A DNA stretch of 64,000 nucleotides from Felis catus. Lineage: Eukaryota. The notes below the pieces were generated by a model. That model was not told the DNA's origin and did not search any database. It saw nothing but the letters and a program-made list of their open reading frames with translations. Below, piece after piece: positions 23,921 through 37,986 of the stretch; within the stretch, counting starts at the first letter, position 1, and every line of letters starts with the position of its first letter. The position numbers and the translations under genes are program-made. The stretch spans positions 139,068,001 to 139,132,000 of the forward strand of contig NC_058368.1 of NCBI RefSeq assembly GCF_018350175.1. The letters run 5' to 3'.

Positions 23921-26900
23921 TAAAATGGAAAAAAAATTATGATAAAGAATTTTAAAGGTTGCAAGAGAAAAGAAGACAGTTACATACAAAGAAATCCCAT
24001 AAGGCTACCAGTGGTTTTTTTCAGACAGAAACTGCAGGCCAGACAGGAGTGGCATGATATATTCAAAGTGCTGAAAGGATTTTCTGCAGCCATGAATACT
24101 CTATCCAGCAAGGCTATCATTTCGAATTGAAAGATAGACTTTCTCACACTAACAAAAACTAAAGGAGTTTAAGACCACTAAACCAGTCCTACAAGAAATA
24201 TTAAAGGGCACTCTTTGAGTGGGAAGCAAAGACCATAAGTAAAAGTATAAAAAAGTAAAAAACACAAAAGAACATTAAAAGTAAATACTTCCAGGGGCAC
24301 CTGGGTGGCTCAGTTGGTTAAGTGTCTGACTTTGTCTCAGGTCATGATTTCACAGCTTGTGAGTTCAAGCCCCAGGGTGAACTGGAGCCTGCTTCAGACT
24401 CTGCCCCAATACTACTCATGCTCTGTCTGTCTCTGTCTCTCTCCCAAAAATAAACATCACAAAAAAATTTTTTAAAGAAAGTAAATGCTTCTGTAAAAAC
24501 CAGTTAAAATATTCAGAAAATAAAAGGATGTAAAAATTACATCCTATACCAAAAGCATGGGGAGTGGGATTACAGAGGGGTTTAAAGTTCTGCAACCATC
24601 AACTTAATATACACTACTATATGCAGAAGAGGTTCTACACAAACCTAATGGTAATCACAAAATAAAAACCAGTAATAGATATGCAAAGAATGAAGAAAAA
24701 GGAATCCAAGTATATCACTGAAGAAAGCCAACAAACCATGAAAGAAAGGGTCAGAAAAAAGGTGCAAAAACAACCACAAAACAAGTAACAAAATGGCAAA
24801 AATATATACTGATCAGTAATTACTTTGAATGTAAATGGACTAAACACTCCAATCAAAAGACACAGGGTGACAGAATGAATAAAAACAAGACCCATCTAAA
24901 TGCTACCTTACAAGAAACTCATTTCAGACAGAAAGACACTTGCAGATTGAATGTGAGGGACAGAAAAACATTTATCATGCAAATCGATGTCAAAAGAAAG
25001 CCAGGATAGCCATACTTAGACAAAATAGAGTTTAAAACAAAGTCTGTAACAAGAGACAAAAACCACTGAATAATAAAGGGTACAATCCAACAGCAGAATA
25101 ACAATTGTAAATATTTATGCACCCAACATGAAAGCACCCAATTCCATAAAACAGTTAGCAACAAACATAAAGGAACTAATCAAAAGTAACACAACAATAG
25201 TAAAGTGACTTGAACACCCCACTTAGATCAACGGACAGATCATCAAACCAGAAAATAAACAAGGAAATAGTGGCTATGAATGACACACTGGACCAGATGG
25301 ACATAACAGGAGTATCAGAACATTCCATCTAAAACAGGAGAAAACACATTCTTTTCAAACACACACAGAACATTCTCCAGAACAGATCACATATTTAGGC
25401 CACAGAACAAGTCTTAACAAATTATAAAAATCAAAGTCATACCATGCATCTTTCCTGACTACAACGCTATGAAACTGGAAAGCAACTACAAGAAAGGCTC
25501 TGCAAAGACCACAGATACATGGAAGTTAAATGACATGCTAGTAAACAATGAATGGGTCAACCAAGAAATCAAAGAATAAGAAAATTACATGGAAACAAAA
25601 ATGAAAATTACAATGATTCAAAAACTTCGGGAAGCAGCAAAAGTGGTTTTAAGAGGTAAGTGTACTATTGCAATACAGGTTTACTTCGAGAAGCAAGAAA
25701 AATCTCAAACAACATAACCTCACACCTAAAGGGATTAGAAAAAGAACACATAAAACCCAAACCCAGCAAAAGAAGAAAATACAGATTAGAACAGAAATAA
25801 ATGACACAGAAAGTAAAAAAACAAACAAAAAACCCAATAGGATGGATCAACGAAAGCAAGAGTGAATTCTCTGAAAGGATCAACAAAACTGAAACACCCG
25901 TAGCAAGATTCATTAAAAAAAAAAAAAAAAAAAAAAAGCAGAGAAAGAGGGGTTGGGGGTACCCAAATAAACAAAATCACCAATGAAAGAGGAGAAATAA
26001 CAATCAACACCAAATAAATACAAATAATTGTTACAGAATATTATGAAAACCTAAATGCCAACACATTGGACAACTTAAAAGAAATGGATAAATTCCTAGA
26101 AACATATAACCTACCCAACCTATGGTGAAAGAAATGGAAAAATTGAACAGACCAATTACCTGCAATGAAATCAGTCATCAAAAAACTCAGAAAAAAAAGC
26201 AATGCCTGAGGGCTCAGTCAGTTAAGTGTCTGACTTCAGCTCGGGTCATGATCTCACAGTTGGTGGGTTTAAGCCCCACGTGGGACTCTGTGCTGACAGC
26301 TCAGAGCCGGAAGCCTGCTTTGGAGTCCATGTCTCCCTCTCTCTCTGCCCCTTCCCCACTCTGTGTGTCTCTCTCTCTCACTCTCCCTCTCTGTCTCAAA
26401 AATAAACATTAAAAAAAATTTTTTTAACTCTCAAAAAACAAAAGTCCAGGACCAGACGGCTTCACAGGAATGCTACAAAACATTTAATAAAGTGTTAATA
26501 CCTATTCTCCTCAGACTATTCTGAAAAACACAAGAGGAAGGAAAACTCCAAATTCATTCAACGAGGCCAGTATCATCCCGATACCAAAAGCAAACAGAAA
26601 CCACACACACAAAAAAAGAGAGAACTATAGGCCAATATTTCTCATGAATATAGATGCAAAAAAAACTCAACAAAATATGAGCAAACCAAATCCAACAATA
26701 CATTTAAAAAAACCATATACCACAATCAAGTGGGACTTATTCCAGGGATGCAAGGGCGATCCAGTATTTGCAAACAATCAATGTGATAAGAGAAAGGATA
26801 AAAACTGTACAATCATTTTAGCAGATGCATAAAAAGCACTTGACAAAGTACATCCATTCATGATAAAAATCCTGTGCGAAATAGATCAAGAAGGAAACAT

Positions 26901-28667
26901 ACCTCATATGATAAAGGCATTCTTTGAAAAACTCACAGCCAACATCACACTCTATCATGAAAAACTGAAAACTTTTCCCTTAAGATAAAGAACAGGACAC
27001 AGATATCCACTCTCACTTTAATTCAACATAGTACTGGCAGTCCTAGCCATAGTAATCAGGTAAGAAAAAGAAATAATAGGGATCCAAATTGGTAAGAAAG
27101 AAGTAAAACTTGCACTATTTCCATCTGACACAATACTACATACAGAAAACCCTAAAGATTCCACCAGAAAACTGCTAAAACTGATAAATGAATTCAATAA
27201 AGTTGCAGGATACAAAATCAATGTGCAGAAATTTGTTGCATTCTTACACACTAATAGCAAAGTAGCAGAAAGTGAAAATAAGAAAACAAGCCTATTTACA
27301 AGTGTACCCAAAACAATAAAATACCTTGGAAAAAATTTAACCAAAGAGGTGAAAGACCTATACTCTGAAAACTATGAAACACTGATGAAAGAAATTCAAG
27401 ACAACACAAAGGAATGAAAGACATTCACAGACTGGAAGAACAAATACTGGTGAAATGTTCAGACTACCTCAAACAATCTATAGATTTAATGTAATCCCTA
27501 CCAAAATATCAACAGCATTTTTCACAGAACTAGAACAATCCTAAAATTTGTATGAAACCACAAAAGATGTAGAATAGCCAAAGCAATCTTGAAAAAGAAC
27601 AACAAAACAGGAGGTATCACAATTCCAGATTTCAAGTTATATTACAAAGCAGTAGTAATTAAACAGTATGGTACTGGCATAAAAACAGACACAGAGGTCA
27701 GTGTAATAGAAAACTAAGAAATAAACCCACAATATATGGTCAATTATCTTTGACAAAGAAAGAAAGAATAACCAGTGGGGAAAAAAGACAGTCTCTTCAA
27801 CAAACAGTGCTGGGAAAGCTAGACAGCTATAAGCAAAAGAATGAAACTGGACCACTTTCTTATGCTATACACAAAATGAACTCAAAATGGATTAAAGACC
27901 TAAATGTTGAGACCTGAAACCATAAAAACCTTTGAAAAGAGCACAGAAAGTCATCTATCTGACATCAGCCATAGCAATATTTTTCTAGGTATGTCTCCTG
28001 AGGCAAGGGAAATAAAAGCAAAAATAAATTATTGGGACTACATCTAAATAATAAGCTTCCACACAGTGAAGGGAATGATCAACAAAACTCAAAGGCAATC
28101 AACCTATTGAATGGGAGAAGATATAGGCAAATGACATATCTGATTAGTACCCAAAACATATAAAGAACTGATACAACTCAACACCCAAAAAAACACATAA
28201 TCCAATTAAAACATGGGCAGAAGATGTGAACAGACATACTTGCAAAGAAGACATACAGATGGCTAACACACACATGAAGATGCTCAACATCACTCATCAT
28301 CAGAGAAACACAAATCGAAATCACAATGAGGTATCACCTCACACCTACCAGAATGGCTAAAATCAAAAACACAAGAAATAACAAGTACTGATGAGAATGT
28401 GGAGAAAAAAGAACCCTCTTTTACTGTTGGTGGGAATGCAAACTGGTGCAGCCACTCTAGAAAACAGTGGAGCTTTCTCAAAAAGTTAAAAATAGAACTA
28501 CCCTAGGACCCAGGAATCACACTCCTGGGTATCTACCCCCCAAAATACAAAAAGCCTAATTTAAAGGGATATATGGACCCCTATGTTTACTGAAGCATTA
28601 TTTACAATAGCTAAGATACGGAAGCAGCTCAAATGTCCATCAACAGATGAATGGATAAAGATGTAGG

Positions 28668-28669
<2 letters not shown>

Positions 28670-28708
<39 letters not shown>
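28670..28708. repeat. (CA)n microsatellite
   Basis: Direct reading. Confidence 0.95.
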
Positions 28709-28711
<3 letters not shown>

Positions 28712-29023
28712 TACTATTCAGCCATAAAAAAGTAAAATCTTGACATTTGCAACAACATGGATAGAGCTGAAAGTGTAATGCTAAGCGAAATAAGTCAGAG
28801 AAAGACGAATATCATATGATCTCACTTATCTGTGGAATTTAACAAACAAAATAATGAAAAACAAAGAAACAAAACAAAGAGAAAAAACAAAGAAATCAAG
28901 AAACAGACTCTTAACTATAGAGAACTGATGGTTAACAGAGTGGGTGGGGGATGGGGGAAACAGGGCATGAGAATTAAAGAGTATAATTATGATGAAAAAA
29001 TGATAAAAAAGAAAAAACAAAAC

Positions 29024-29222
29024 AAAGATATCTGTACCCCCAAATTCACTGTAGCATTAACAATAGCGAAGATAATGGAAGCAACCTAAGTGTCTAACAA
29101 TACATAAGATGTGATATATACATATATGTGTGTGTGTTTACGTGTGTGTGTATATATATATATGTACGTGTACATGTGCATATATATGTGTGTGTACGTG
29201 TGTGTGTATATATATATATATA

Positions 29223-29277
<55 letters not shown>

Positions 29278-29645
29278 GAATATTACACAGTCACAAAGAA
29301 GAATGAGATCCTGCCATCCGAAAAACAGAGGGTATCATGCTAAGTGAAATAAGTCATACCCAGAAAGACAAGTACCATGTGATTTCACTAAGTGCAATCT
29401 AAAACAAACAAAAAGCAAAAGCAGACCTGTGAATACAGAGAAGTGATGGCAGCCAGAGGGAAGGGAAGCAGGGGGATGGGCAAATGGGTATAAGGGAGTG
29501 GGAGGTTTCTAGTTATGAAATGAATAAGAGCTGGGGATGAAAGGTACAGCACAGGGAATACAGTCAACGGCACTGTAATAGTGTTGTACGGTAACAGATG
29601 GTAGTTATACTTGTGGTGAGTATAACGATGTATAGAGTTGTCGTA
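29024..29645 (+). mobile_element. Older L1 3' fragment (host of the 21756-29023 L1)
   Basis: L1 ORF2 C-terminal/3'UTR motifs with a different 3'UTR; internal (TA/TG/CA)n expansion. Confidence 0.75.
29114..29275. repeat. Complex (TA/TG)n then (CA)n microsatellite
   Basis: Direct reading. Confidence 0.92.
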
Positions 29646-29671
29646 AAGACAGAGTTGTCATAGAGACACAT

Positions 29672-30170
29672 CTTTTTTTTTCTTTAAAGTTTATTTATTT
29701 ATTTATTTATTCTCAGAGAGAGCAGGGGAGGGGTAGATAGAAAGAATCCCAAGCAGGCCGCGTACTGTCCACACAGAGACTGACACAGGGCTCGAACTTA
29801 CAAAACGTGATGAGATCATGACTTGAGCAGAAACCAAAAATTGGGACACCTAGCAGACTGTGTCACCCAAGTGCTCCTGTTGGGACAAATCTTGTGGACA
29901 CAGGCTAAGTATTAAATAAGCCAGTCAAGGGGTGCCTGGGTGGCTCAGTCGGTTAAGTGGCCGACTTCAGCTCAGGTCACGATCTCGTGGTCCGTGAGTT
30001 CGAGCCCCGCGTCAGGCTCTGTGCTGACCGCTCAGAGCCTGGAGCCTGTTTCAGATTCTGTGTCTCCCTCTCTCTCTCTCTCTCTCTCTGACCCTCCCCC
30101 ATTCATGTTCTGTCTCTCTCTGTCTCAAAAATAAATAAAACATTAAAAAAAAAAATTAAAAAATAAATAA
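29672..30170. mobile_element. Head-to-head SINEs (29672-29878 -, 29929-30170 +)
   Basis: Two SINEC bodies; plus copy has TSD TAAATAAGCCAGTCA. Confidence 0.9.
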
Positions 30171-30460
30171 ATAAGCCAGTCACAAAAAGACCAATACTGT
30201 ATGATTCTTTCCAATTATATGAGTAATCTAGAGTAGTCAAATTCATAGAAAGACAAAGTGGAATGATAGTTTCCAGGGGCTGGGCAGAGGGAAAAACATG
30301 GAGTTATTATTTAATGGGTATAGCATTTGGGTTTTGCGAGATTAAAAAGTTCTGAAGATTGCCAACAGTACTTAACACTACTTAAATGTACACTCAGAAA
30401 TGCTTAATATGGTAAATGTTTTCTTATATGTGTATATTTTTTACCACAATTAAAAAAAAA
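30171..30460 (+). mobile_element. L1MB-type 3' end
   Basis: agccagtcacaaaaagac...agtagtcaaattcataga...tttaccacaattaaaa. Confidence 0.7.
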
Positions 30461-31309
30461 GGTTGCTTTGAAAATTGCCCACCTAATCTGGATCCTCACT
30501 TCAGGAATACAAACTGGGGGTGTGAGAAAAGAATTATCATCATATCTGTGATACAAGAGAAGAAGCCTAATAATGTTCCACATTTTGCTGTTGTATCCCC
30601 ACTTACACAGCAGTAATTCTATGAGAAATGCATGTGTTCATACATTTCAGAAACTATCATCATGAATATTCTAATCCTGGGTGTTCTTTTCTTCTATAAA
30701 TACTATGCTAAGTCCTCAACCACTTTCAAGGTCTAGAGAAATGGTTCTCAGTATAATGCATTTCAAAATCTCTGTGGAGCTTTTGAAAAAGATTTCCACT
30801 TCTGGTATTATGGACATGAGGACCTCCATCTCAAATTTCAGAACAAAATGTTTTACCAGAGATAAAGATTGGTACTTTATAATGATAAAAAAGTTGATTC
30901 GTCAGAGAAACACAACAATCATAAATGTGTATATAATAAATACAGAGTTTTAAAATACATAACACAAAAATACAGACACCCAGGCGATACCACATACTTG
31001 CTGAATCTTAATTTCCAGCGTGGTGCTAAGGCACTGTTATTTAAAAACAAAATAAAACAAAAAAATTACATGGGGATTCAAATGTGCAAGACTGGTCAAG
31101 AGCTACCATTTTTGACATCTTATAATTAAAAAATAAAATCAAAACTTAAGTAAATACTACTACTACTGCTACTATTTCTACTGTGAATTGGATTAACAAA
31201 ATCCTTTCTTCTTCTGCAAGAGAATTTGATTCAATTAACTTTCTAGTTCTTTTCTTCTAGAAACCAGAGAACACAAGTATGTCAACTATGTTGCTAGGCA
31301 AAATCTCTC

Positions 31310-31506
31310 TCTTTTTTTAAAATATTTTGAGCAGAAGCATGCGTGCACACACGTCTGAGTATAGGAGAGACAGAGAAAGAGGGAAAGAGAGAATCCCAAG
31401 CAGGCTCCAGGCTGTCAGCACAGGGCTTGAGCCCACAAATCGTGAAATCATAACCTGAGCCGAAATCAAGAGTCGGGCATTCCAATGAATGAGCCACCCA
31501 GACGCC
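31310..31506 (-). mobile_element. Carnivore SINE
   Basis: SINEC body. Confidence 0.85.
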
Positions 31507-31771
31507 ACAGCAACATATCTTACAGAAAAAATAATTTGTGATTGGTAAGGTACATCTGAATTGGGAAGAGCTATACATGAATTGTAAATACTTGATGGAG
31601 ATACACAACCTTAAGCTCCCCTGAGTGGGATATGGCACAGCCTTTCTAGTAAATCTGGAAGAGAGCCCACAGAGCTGTAACGAGAGGTTTTGGGTCCTAA
31701 GGGGCCTGAAGCTTGTAAGCCAGGGTAGCTCCTGTGAATTCTGTTGCCTTAAACTGTACTGTCACTTAAAA

Positions 31772-31987
31772 ATTTTTTTTTTTAAGTTTATTTATTCTTG
31801 AGAGATAGAGAGAGACAGCGCATGAGCAGGGGAGGGGGAGAGAGAGGGGGAGATACAGAATCCGAAGCAGGCTCCAGGCTCTGAGCTGTCAGCACAGAGC
31901 CCAACGCAGGGCTTGAACTCACAAACCGCGAGATCATGACCTGAGCTGAAGCCGGATGCTTAACCGACTGAGCCACCCAGGCGTCCC
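31772..31987 (-). mobile_element. Carnivore SINE
   Basis: TSD TGTACTGTCACTT. Confidence 0.93.
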
Positions 31988-32346
31988 TGTACTGTCACTT
32001 TTGAGTGGCCAAAGAAGTTAGTTCCCAGATAGCTATGTGCACTGCATTAAGGACTGCTGCAGAAAGAAACACCTATTGCTGGTATGCGGGGAAGCTATGG
32101 TTCCTGTCCTATAGCATTCTGAGTAGACGAGGGCAAATTGTTGTCCAAGATAGTCCTGTGAGTCTGAATGTTGAGTTGAACCTAAGAAAACTCTTTGGTG
32201 GGTGTTGCAACTACCTTATCTTTATGTTGTGGTTTAGACATCAGTACTTCCATGCCATACTCAAGATCTCTAGGTTGACTTCTTAAAACATTTTCCAGTG
32301 ATGTTTTTGCTAATGGGGGTTGGGGTGAGGAGGAATCCATTCTAAC

Positions 32347-32444
32347 CTCCCAGCGATCTTGTGTATCCAGAATAGTACAATATTCTTTCTGTGGTGGTAG
32401 TTTTGCCTGCATCAATATGAGCCATAATTCCAATATTTCGGATT
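32347..32444 (-). CDS. GFM2: GFM2 exon 5, [32 protein letters not shown] (P-loop/G1)
   Basis: 98 nt, EF-G G1 motif, CAG/GT boundaries. Confidence 0.97.
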
Positions 32445-32869
32445 CTGTTTGAAAGGTGGAGGAAAAAAAAAAAGCATGTGTTACATAGTGGTCATTACTA
32501 AAACCGTAAAACCAAAATATGTATTCTATATGCTGTGCAAATTTCAAAGCTAGTTACTATTTCATAAAAACGACAAAACCAGAAAATACATCCCTACCAC
32601 ATTATTCTGACAAAACAGCTAAATAACAAACAGCTAACTACAATCTTGTGAATTTTACTTTTAGTTCTATGAAAATTGTGCTGCTGCTACATTAAAAATA
32701 TTTAGCACTGAAATGGAAAAAAAAAATAGCTTTAAAGATATATACCAACATCTATTTATAGTTAGCGAGGGCAGAAAGCTAAATTAACAATGCTAAATTA
32801 AGCCCATGACAGAAACCTTTACCTTTTCACACAGTGAATGAAAAAGACAGTATCAATGATAGTACTTAC

Positions 32870-32927
32870 TTAGCTATGGGAGGATTGATGACAGAATGAA
32901 GGGATTTGATATCATTTCCTATCAAAC
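32870..32927 (-). CDS. GFM2: GFM2 exon 4, [18 protein letters not shown]
   Basis: 58 nt, TAG acceptor, GTAAGT donor. Confidence 0.93.
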
Positions 32928-33174
32928 CTAATGGAAAGAGGGTTATAATTGAAAAGTTTAAGAAATTTTCCTTTAATTGACAAAGAAGTTAAAATAATTT
33001 TAAGCAAATACAGTAATTCCAAGTACAGTAAAATCCAAGATAAATAAAACTTTCTTTTACCTAAAAGTTATATCTCTAAAGAAAAGGCAATGGATGATGA
33101 TAAGGTAAATTTTCAAACATAAATTTCTAGAAGACATCCTTAGAAAAATATAAATTTACCCCAATCTTTCCCAC

Positions 33175-33375
33175 TTTTTTTAAATGTTTATTTATTTTTG
33201 ACAGAGCATAAGCAGGAGAGGGGCAGACAGAGGGGATGAGAGAGGGGGCTAGAAAATCAAAGCAGGCTCTGTGCTGACAGCAGTGAGCCCGATGTGGGGC
33301 TCGAACTCACTAACCGCAAGATCATGACCTGAACCAACTGACTGAGGTCAATCGACTTAGCTACCCAGGTGCCCC
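33175..33375 (-). mobile_element. Carnivore SINE
   Basis: TSD AATCTTT(C/G)CCACTTT. Confidence 0.9.
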
Positions 33376-34543
33376 TAATCTTTGCCACTTTCTACAATTC
33401 TACAATAGACATAAAAAATATAGAAGAATGTTCATAGCAATGATCTTAAGGCAACAGCTCCTGAACCAAAGAAAAATAAAATGCACAGTCCTGTGAACCT
33501 GCAATGTCAAGGCCTAAAGAGTGATCCTCATATCAGATGACGATGAATTTCTGTACAATTTGAAACCCATCTTCCCTCAGTACTTCCAAGCATACAATAT
33601 CTTTAACGATGGCCTGGGAAGTATCAGTGAATTGGAGCTATAACAATCTAAGACTTCTAAAAGGCCAAGTAGTATTTCTCGAATACAAAAAGCCCATAAT
33701 AATTTACTCCATAATTATATATTTTATTAATTTTAAAGCAAAAATGCAGTTACATTTATAAATTTAATCTACACCTATTTAAATCAGTTTTGCAAAACTT
33801 CTACAATAAATTAAGAATAGTTCTATTGTATTTTGAAAACCTCCTAGCAGTTCGAAGACTGAAGGATGGCCTGTATGGCTACAGATAAATTTGATGAGCA
33901 AAATACAGAAACGTAGATACAAGCCAATACTGCGGACCATTAAATTCACATGCCCTTAACAGTCACACAATCAGTATCATTACTCCATTACTCTCACATG
34001 ACAAAGATGGTAATTCGAACAGCAACAGAATGCAACTAGTTTCAATGAGTCTCCCATATGCTTGCTTGCTTCAAACACAGAAGACCATTCAGAATTAGTT
34101 GCTCAGGCTACCAGCTTTCAATAGCCATACTACCTAACGTAAACTATCCCAGATAAGTATTTAACCAACTACTCTTAAGAACCTTTAAAATAAATTATTT
34201 GGGCAAACCTCGAATGACAGAAAATACTTATGCATAAAAACCAGAAAAGGACTAGAAAGTAAGTATTTTACAGCAAGAGCACTCTACAAATAGACAACCC
34301 GCTAAACTTTTGAGCCAGCGACTAAAGCCACCAACCTTTCTCTTTGTTTAGCTCATGTGGATGGGGAGCAGATAAGGAGCACAGGCCTACTACCCCTGGC
34401 ATCTATCAGAATACATCCAACTCATAATAATCTTAAGGAAATAGCCAAGAAGTAAAAAGGAAGCAGTATTCTGAAAATGGAATGCTTGCCAACAAGAGAG
34501 AGAGAAAGCAAACAAGCAGTAAAATGAGAATCAAATTTTGTAC

Positions 34544-34628
34544 CTGGTAGAGAACTGTAGTTTCTTCCAAGAGGCACATGTGACTTTAGTCTTTGTAAAC
34601 TTGCTCTCATTTTAGAGCAACACATATT
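34544..34628 (-). CDS. GFM2: GFM2 exon 3, [28 protein letters not shown]
   Basis: 85 nt, AG/GT boundaries, phase fits neighbours. Confidence 0.93.
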
Positions 34629-35963
34629 CTAGTGAGGAGAAAAAGAACCCTGACATTAATTTTATTTTAGCATTTCTGATTACAGTACTTTTAACATCAT
34701 AACTATGCTTTGTGAGAAGATGAAATACTTTGAATCTCCTTAAAGTAGTCTGAATTTATTAACTCTAGCTCCTTTAAAAAGTGACAACCCAAAATTATAC
34801 TACAGGAAAGAACAAAAATAAAACTAAAACTGACTTGCTATTTTGAGCTGATCTTAGATGATGGTTCTCTAAGATCTGCAGCATTAACATTACAAGGAAC
34901 ACAAATTCTACAGATCTACTCCAGACAAGAAAATAACAAACTCTGGGGACACAGGCAAACAATCTGTGGGAATCTTTATTTAACTGAAGTATAATGAACA
35001 CAGTGTTGTATTACTTTCAGGTGTACTGAACAATCTGCATTTCTACAAGCCCTCCAGGTGATTCTGATAGCTACAGTTTGAGAACCACAGCCCTGAAGTT
35101 TCCAGAGAGCCAGAAAAGTTAATCAGGTCTCTCACCCTGGCTACTTCTTGATTCCCCTCTACAGCTGCTAAGAGCTGGTGGGGGTCATGAACTCTAAAAC
35201 CATTAGCTGTTTGGGGGATTTATAAAAGCGGTTACAAATTATAATCACCTGGAAAACTTTAAAAACTATTTGGCGAGATGGGGGGTAGTTGGGAGAACTA
35301 GGGACTGGCATTTTTTAAAAGTTTCTTTAGTATCTTCTCCCAGTGTTTCCACACAGAGGTTGATTATTACCCATCCCAATTTATCCCCAAACAACTAGAT
35401 ACACATTTAATGGCTGCTAATACATTTGGAATTATTATAGTTAGTATAATAATTTGGGGTTGTCACAATCTGCCTTTTAATGCTATCTTGGAATGCATGC
35501 CTGTCTTCTATATCACTTCTACATTAGTTAGCAAGTTTTTGTCAATAAAACACTGTTATCCTAAGAAATATTTCAAAAGTATAGACTCAAAGATATTTAA
35601 ATTTCCACTGCATACTGACCTGGGTAAGAGAGTAGCTACCTGTCACAGGCATGTAGTCTGAAAGCATCAGCAATGAACACACTAAAGAAAACCTGTGTAA
35701 GTCTTTGGGACACTAATGACTTCAAAATGGAATATACAAATGGATATTCTTTAAAACGCTGCACAGTGAATTTTCAAGTAGCCAAATGAATTTACAGACT
35801 AGTGATAAGGTCTGCTGCTTCTTTGTTATAGTTTCTCCCACACTCCCTGTTAAGAAAAACTGTTGAAAATAAAGATACACTAGTCTAAGAGTATACTAGG
35901 CCTTTGGGGAAGTAAAGGAACTGAACGTGCTGAAGTACATTTAATTTCACAAGAAAAACTTAC

Positions 35964-36026
35964 ATTAACGTGCAGGATGGGTATTTTCTTATGACTGACT
36001 ACAAATTTCATCAAGTTGGACACCAT
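35964..36026 (-). CDS. GFM2: GFM2 exon 2 coding part, start codon, MVSNLMKFVVSHKKIPILHVN (mitochondrial presequence region); exon begins about 36045
   Basis: Strong Kozak CAAC-ATG-G at 36026, 63 nt, donor GTAAGT, upstream TTCAG acceptor. Confidence 0.9.
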
Positions 36027-37783
36027 GTTGATCCTCTGTTATTCTCTGAAAAAGAAATATACAAAAATTTTAAACTAAGTTTGCATATTATATGTAAGAC
36101 ATATGTAAAGCATATGCAACATATATGGTAACAATGTATTATGTTGAAACAATAGGTACAATACTTTTAGCTATCAAAAACTCCATGCATCATTCAGAAA
36201 ATAAAAATTCTGACAAAAATGAGAAATATGGTTCTAAAGCTAAAATATTCTTTATTTTTTCAACGTTTTAATTCTTCAAGATATGTACATACCATAAAAA
36301 AGATTGGAATTATAAAAATGTAACCAAAATGCATTTATGTATTTACATAAAATTTAGTATAAAAAGGTAAGCTTCTACATGTTAATTTGTTAATTTCTCA
36401 TTGGTAATGTAACTTACTGGTATATATATATATGTATATATATATATTCTGATTTTATTCATTCATACCATAAATATGTAAAAAAATACACAAGAGCAAG
36501 TTGTCTTCTGTGACTATAAAAACTAAGCGTGTTTTTTTTTTTAATTGAAACCCTAGTTAACATATACTGTAAAAATTGTTTCAGGAGTAGAATTTAGTGA
36601 TTCATCACTTACATGTATCACCCAGTGCTCATCCCAACAAGTGCCCTCCTTAATGCCCATCACCCATTTAGCTTCTCCCCCCACCCTACACACAGCCAAC
36701 AACCCTCAGTTTGTTCTCTGTATTTAAGAGTCTCTTATGGTTTGTTTCCCTCTCTGTTTTTATATTATTTTTGCTTCCCTTCCCCTACGGTCATCTGTTT
36801 GGTTTCTTAAATTCCACATATGACTGAAATCACCTGTCTTTCTCTGATTTATTTCATTTAGCATAATACACTGTAGTTCCATCCACATTGTTGTAAATGG
36901 GAAGATTTCATTATTTTGATCACCAAGTAATATTCCATGGAATATATATACCACATCTCCTTTATCCATTCATCAGTCGATAGTTATTTGGGCTTCCCAT
37001 ACTTAGGCTATTGTTGATAGGTGTGCTATAAACATTGGGGTGCACGTGCCCCTTCAAATCAGCACTCCTGTATCCTTTGGATAAATACCTAGTAATCCAA
37101 TTACTGGGTCATAAGGTAATTCTATTTTTAATTTTTTGAAGAACCTCCATACTGTTTTCCAGAGTGGCTGAAGCAGTTTTTGCATTCCCATCTCCACATC
37201 CTCGCCAACATCTGTTGTTGCTAGGAGTTTTTAATTTTAGCCATTCTGACAGGTGCAAGGTGGTATTTCATTGTGGGTTTCGTTTATATTTCTCTGATGA
37301 GTGATGTTGAGCATCTTTTCAGGTGTCTGTTAGCCATCTGGATGTCTTCTTTGGGAAAGTGTCTATTCATGTCGTATGCCCATGTCTTTACTGGATTATT
37401 TGGGTTTTGGGTGTGGAGTATAAATTCTTTATAGATTTTGGATAGTAACCCTTTACTGGACACGTCATCTGCAAATACCTTCTCCTATTCCGCTGGATGC
37501 CTTTTAGTTTTGCTGATTGTTTCCTTTGCTGTGCAGAAGTTTTTTATCTTGATGAGGCCACAATAGTTCATTTTTGCTTTTGTTTCCCTTGCGTTTGGAG
37601 ACTTATCAAGTAAGAAGTTGCTGTGGCTGAAGTCAGAGGTTGTTGCCTCTTTTCTCCTTTAGTATTTTGATGACTTCCTGTCTTAAGTTTAGGTCTTTCA
37701 TCCATTTTGAGTTTATTTTTGTATATGGTGTAAGAAAAGTGGTCCAAGTTCATTCTTCTGCACTGAGCAGTTTTCCCAACACT

Positions 37784-37986
37784 ATTTTTTTTTAATGTTT
37801 ATTTTTGAGAGACAGAGTGTGAACGGGGGAGGGACAGAGAGAGAGAGGGAGACACAGAATCCGAAGCAGGCTCCAGATCTGAGCTGTCAGCACAGAGTCT
37901 GATGCGTGGCTCGAACTCACAGACTGCCAAGATCATGACCTGGGCCAAAGTCGGATGCCCAACTGACTGAGCCACCCAGGTGCCCC
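37784..37986 (-). mobile_element. SINE inside the intron 1 L1, no TSD
   Basis: Full SINEC body; flanks are non-adjacent parts of L1 ORF2. Confidence 0.92.

Larger units (their letters stand above)
21756..29023 (+). mobile_element. Near-full-length decayed carnivore LINE-1 in GFM2 intron 5 (antisense to gene)
   Basis: GC-rich 5'UTR starting GGAGGAGGGG, ORF1 remnants (about 23050-24220), EN/RT remnants of ORF2 (about 24800-28790), 3'UTR and A-rich tail; many stops; three nested SINEs. Confidence 0.92.

Noticed and set aside
23013..28481. Many ORFs with L1-like peptides suggesting an active retrotransposon
   Set aside because: ORF1 and ORF2 are broken by stops, frameshifts and SINEs; the element is dead.
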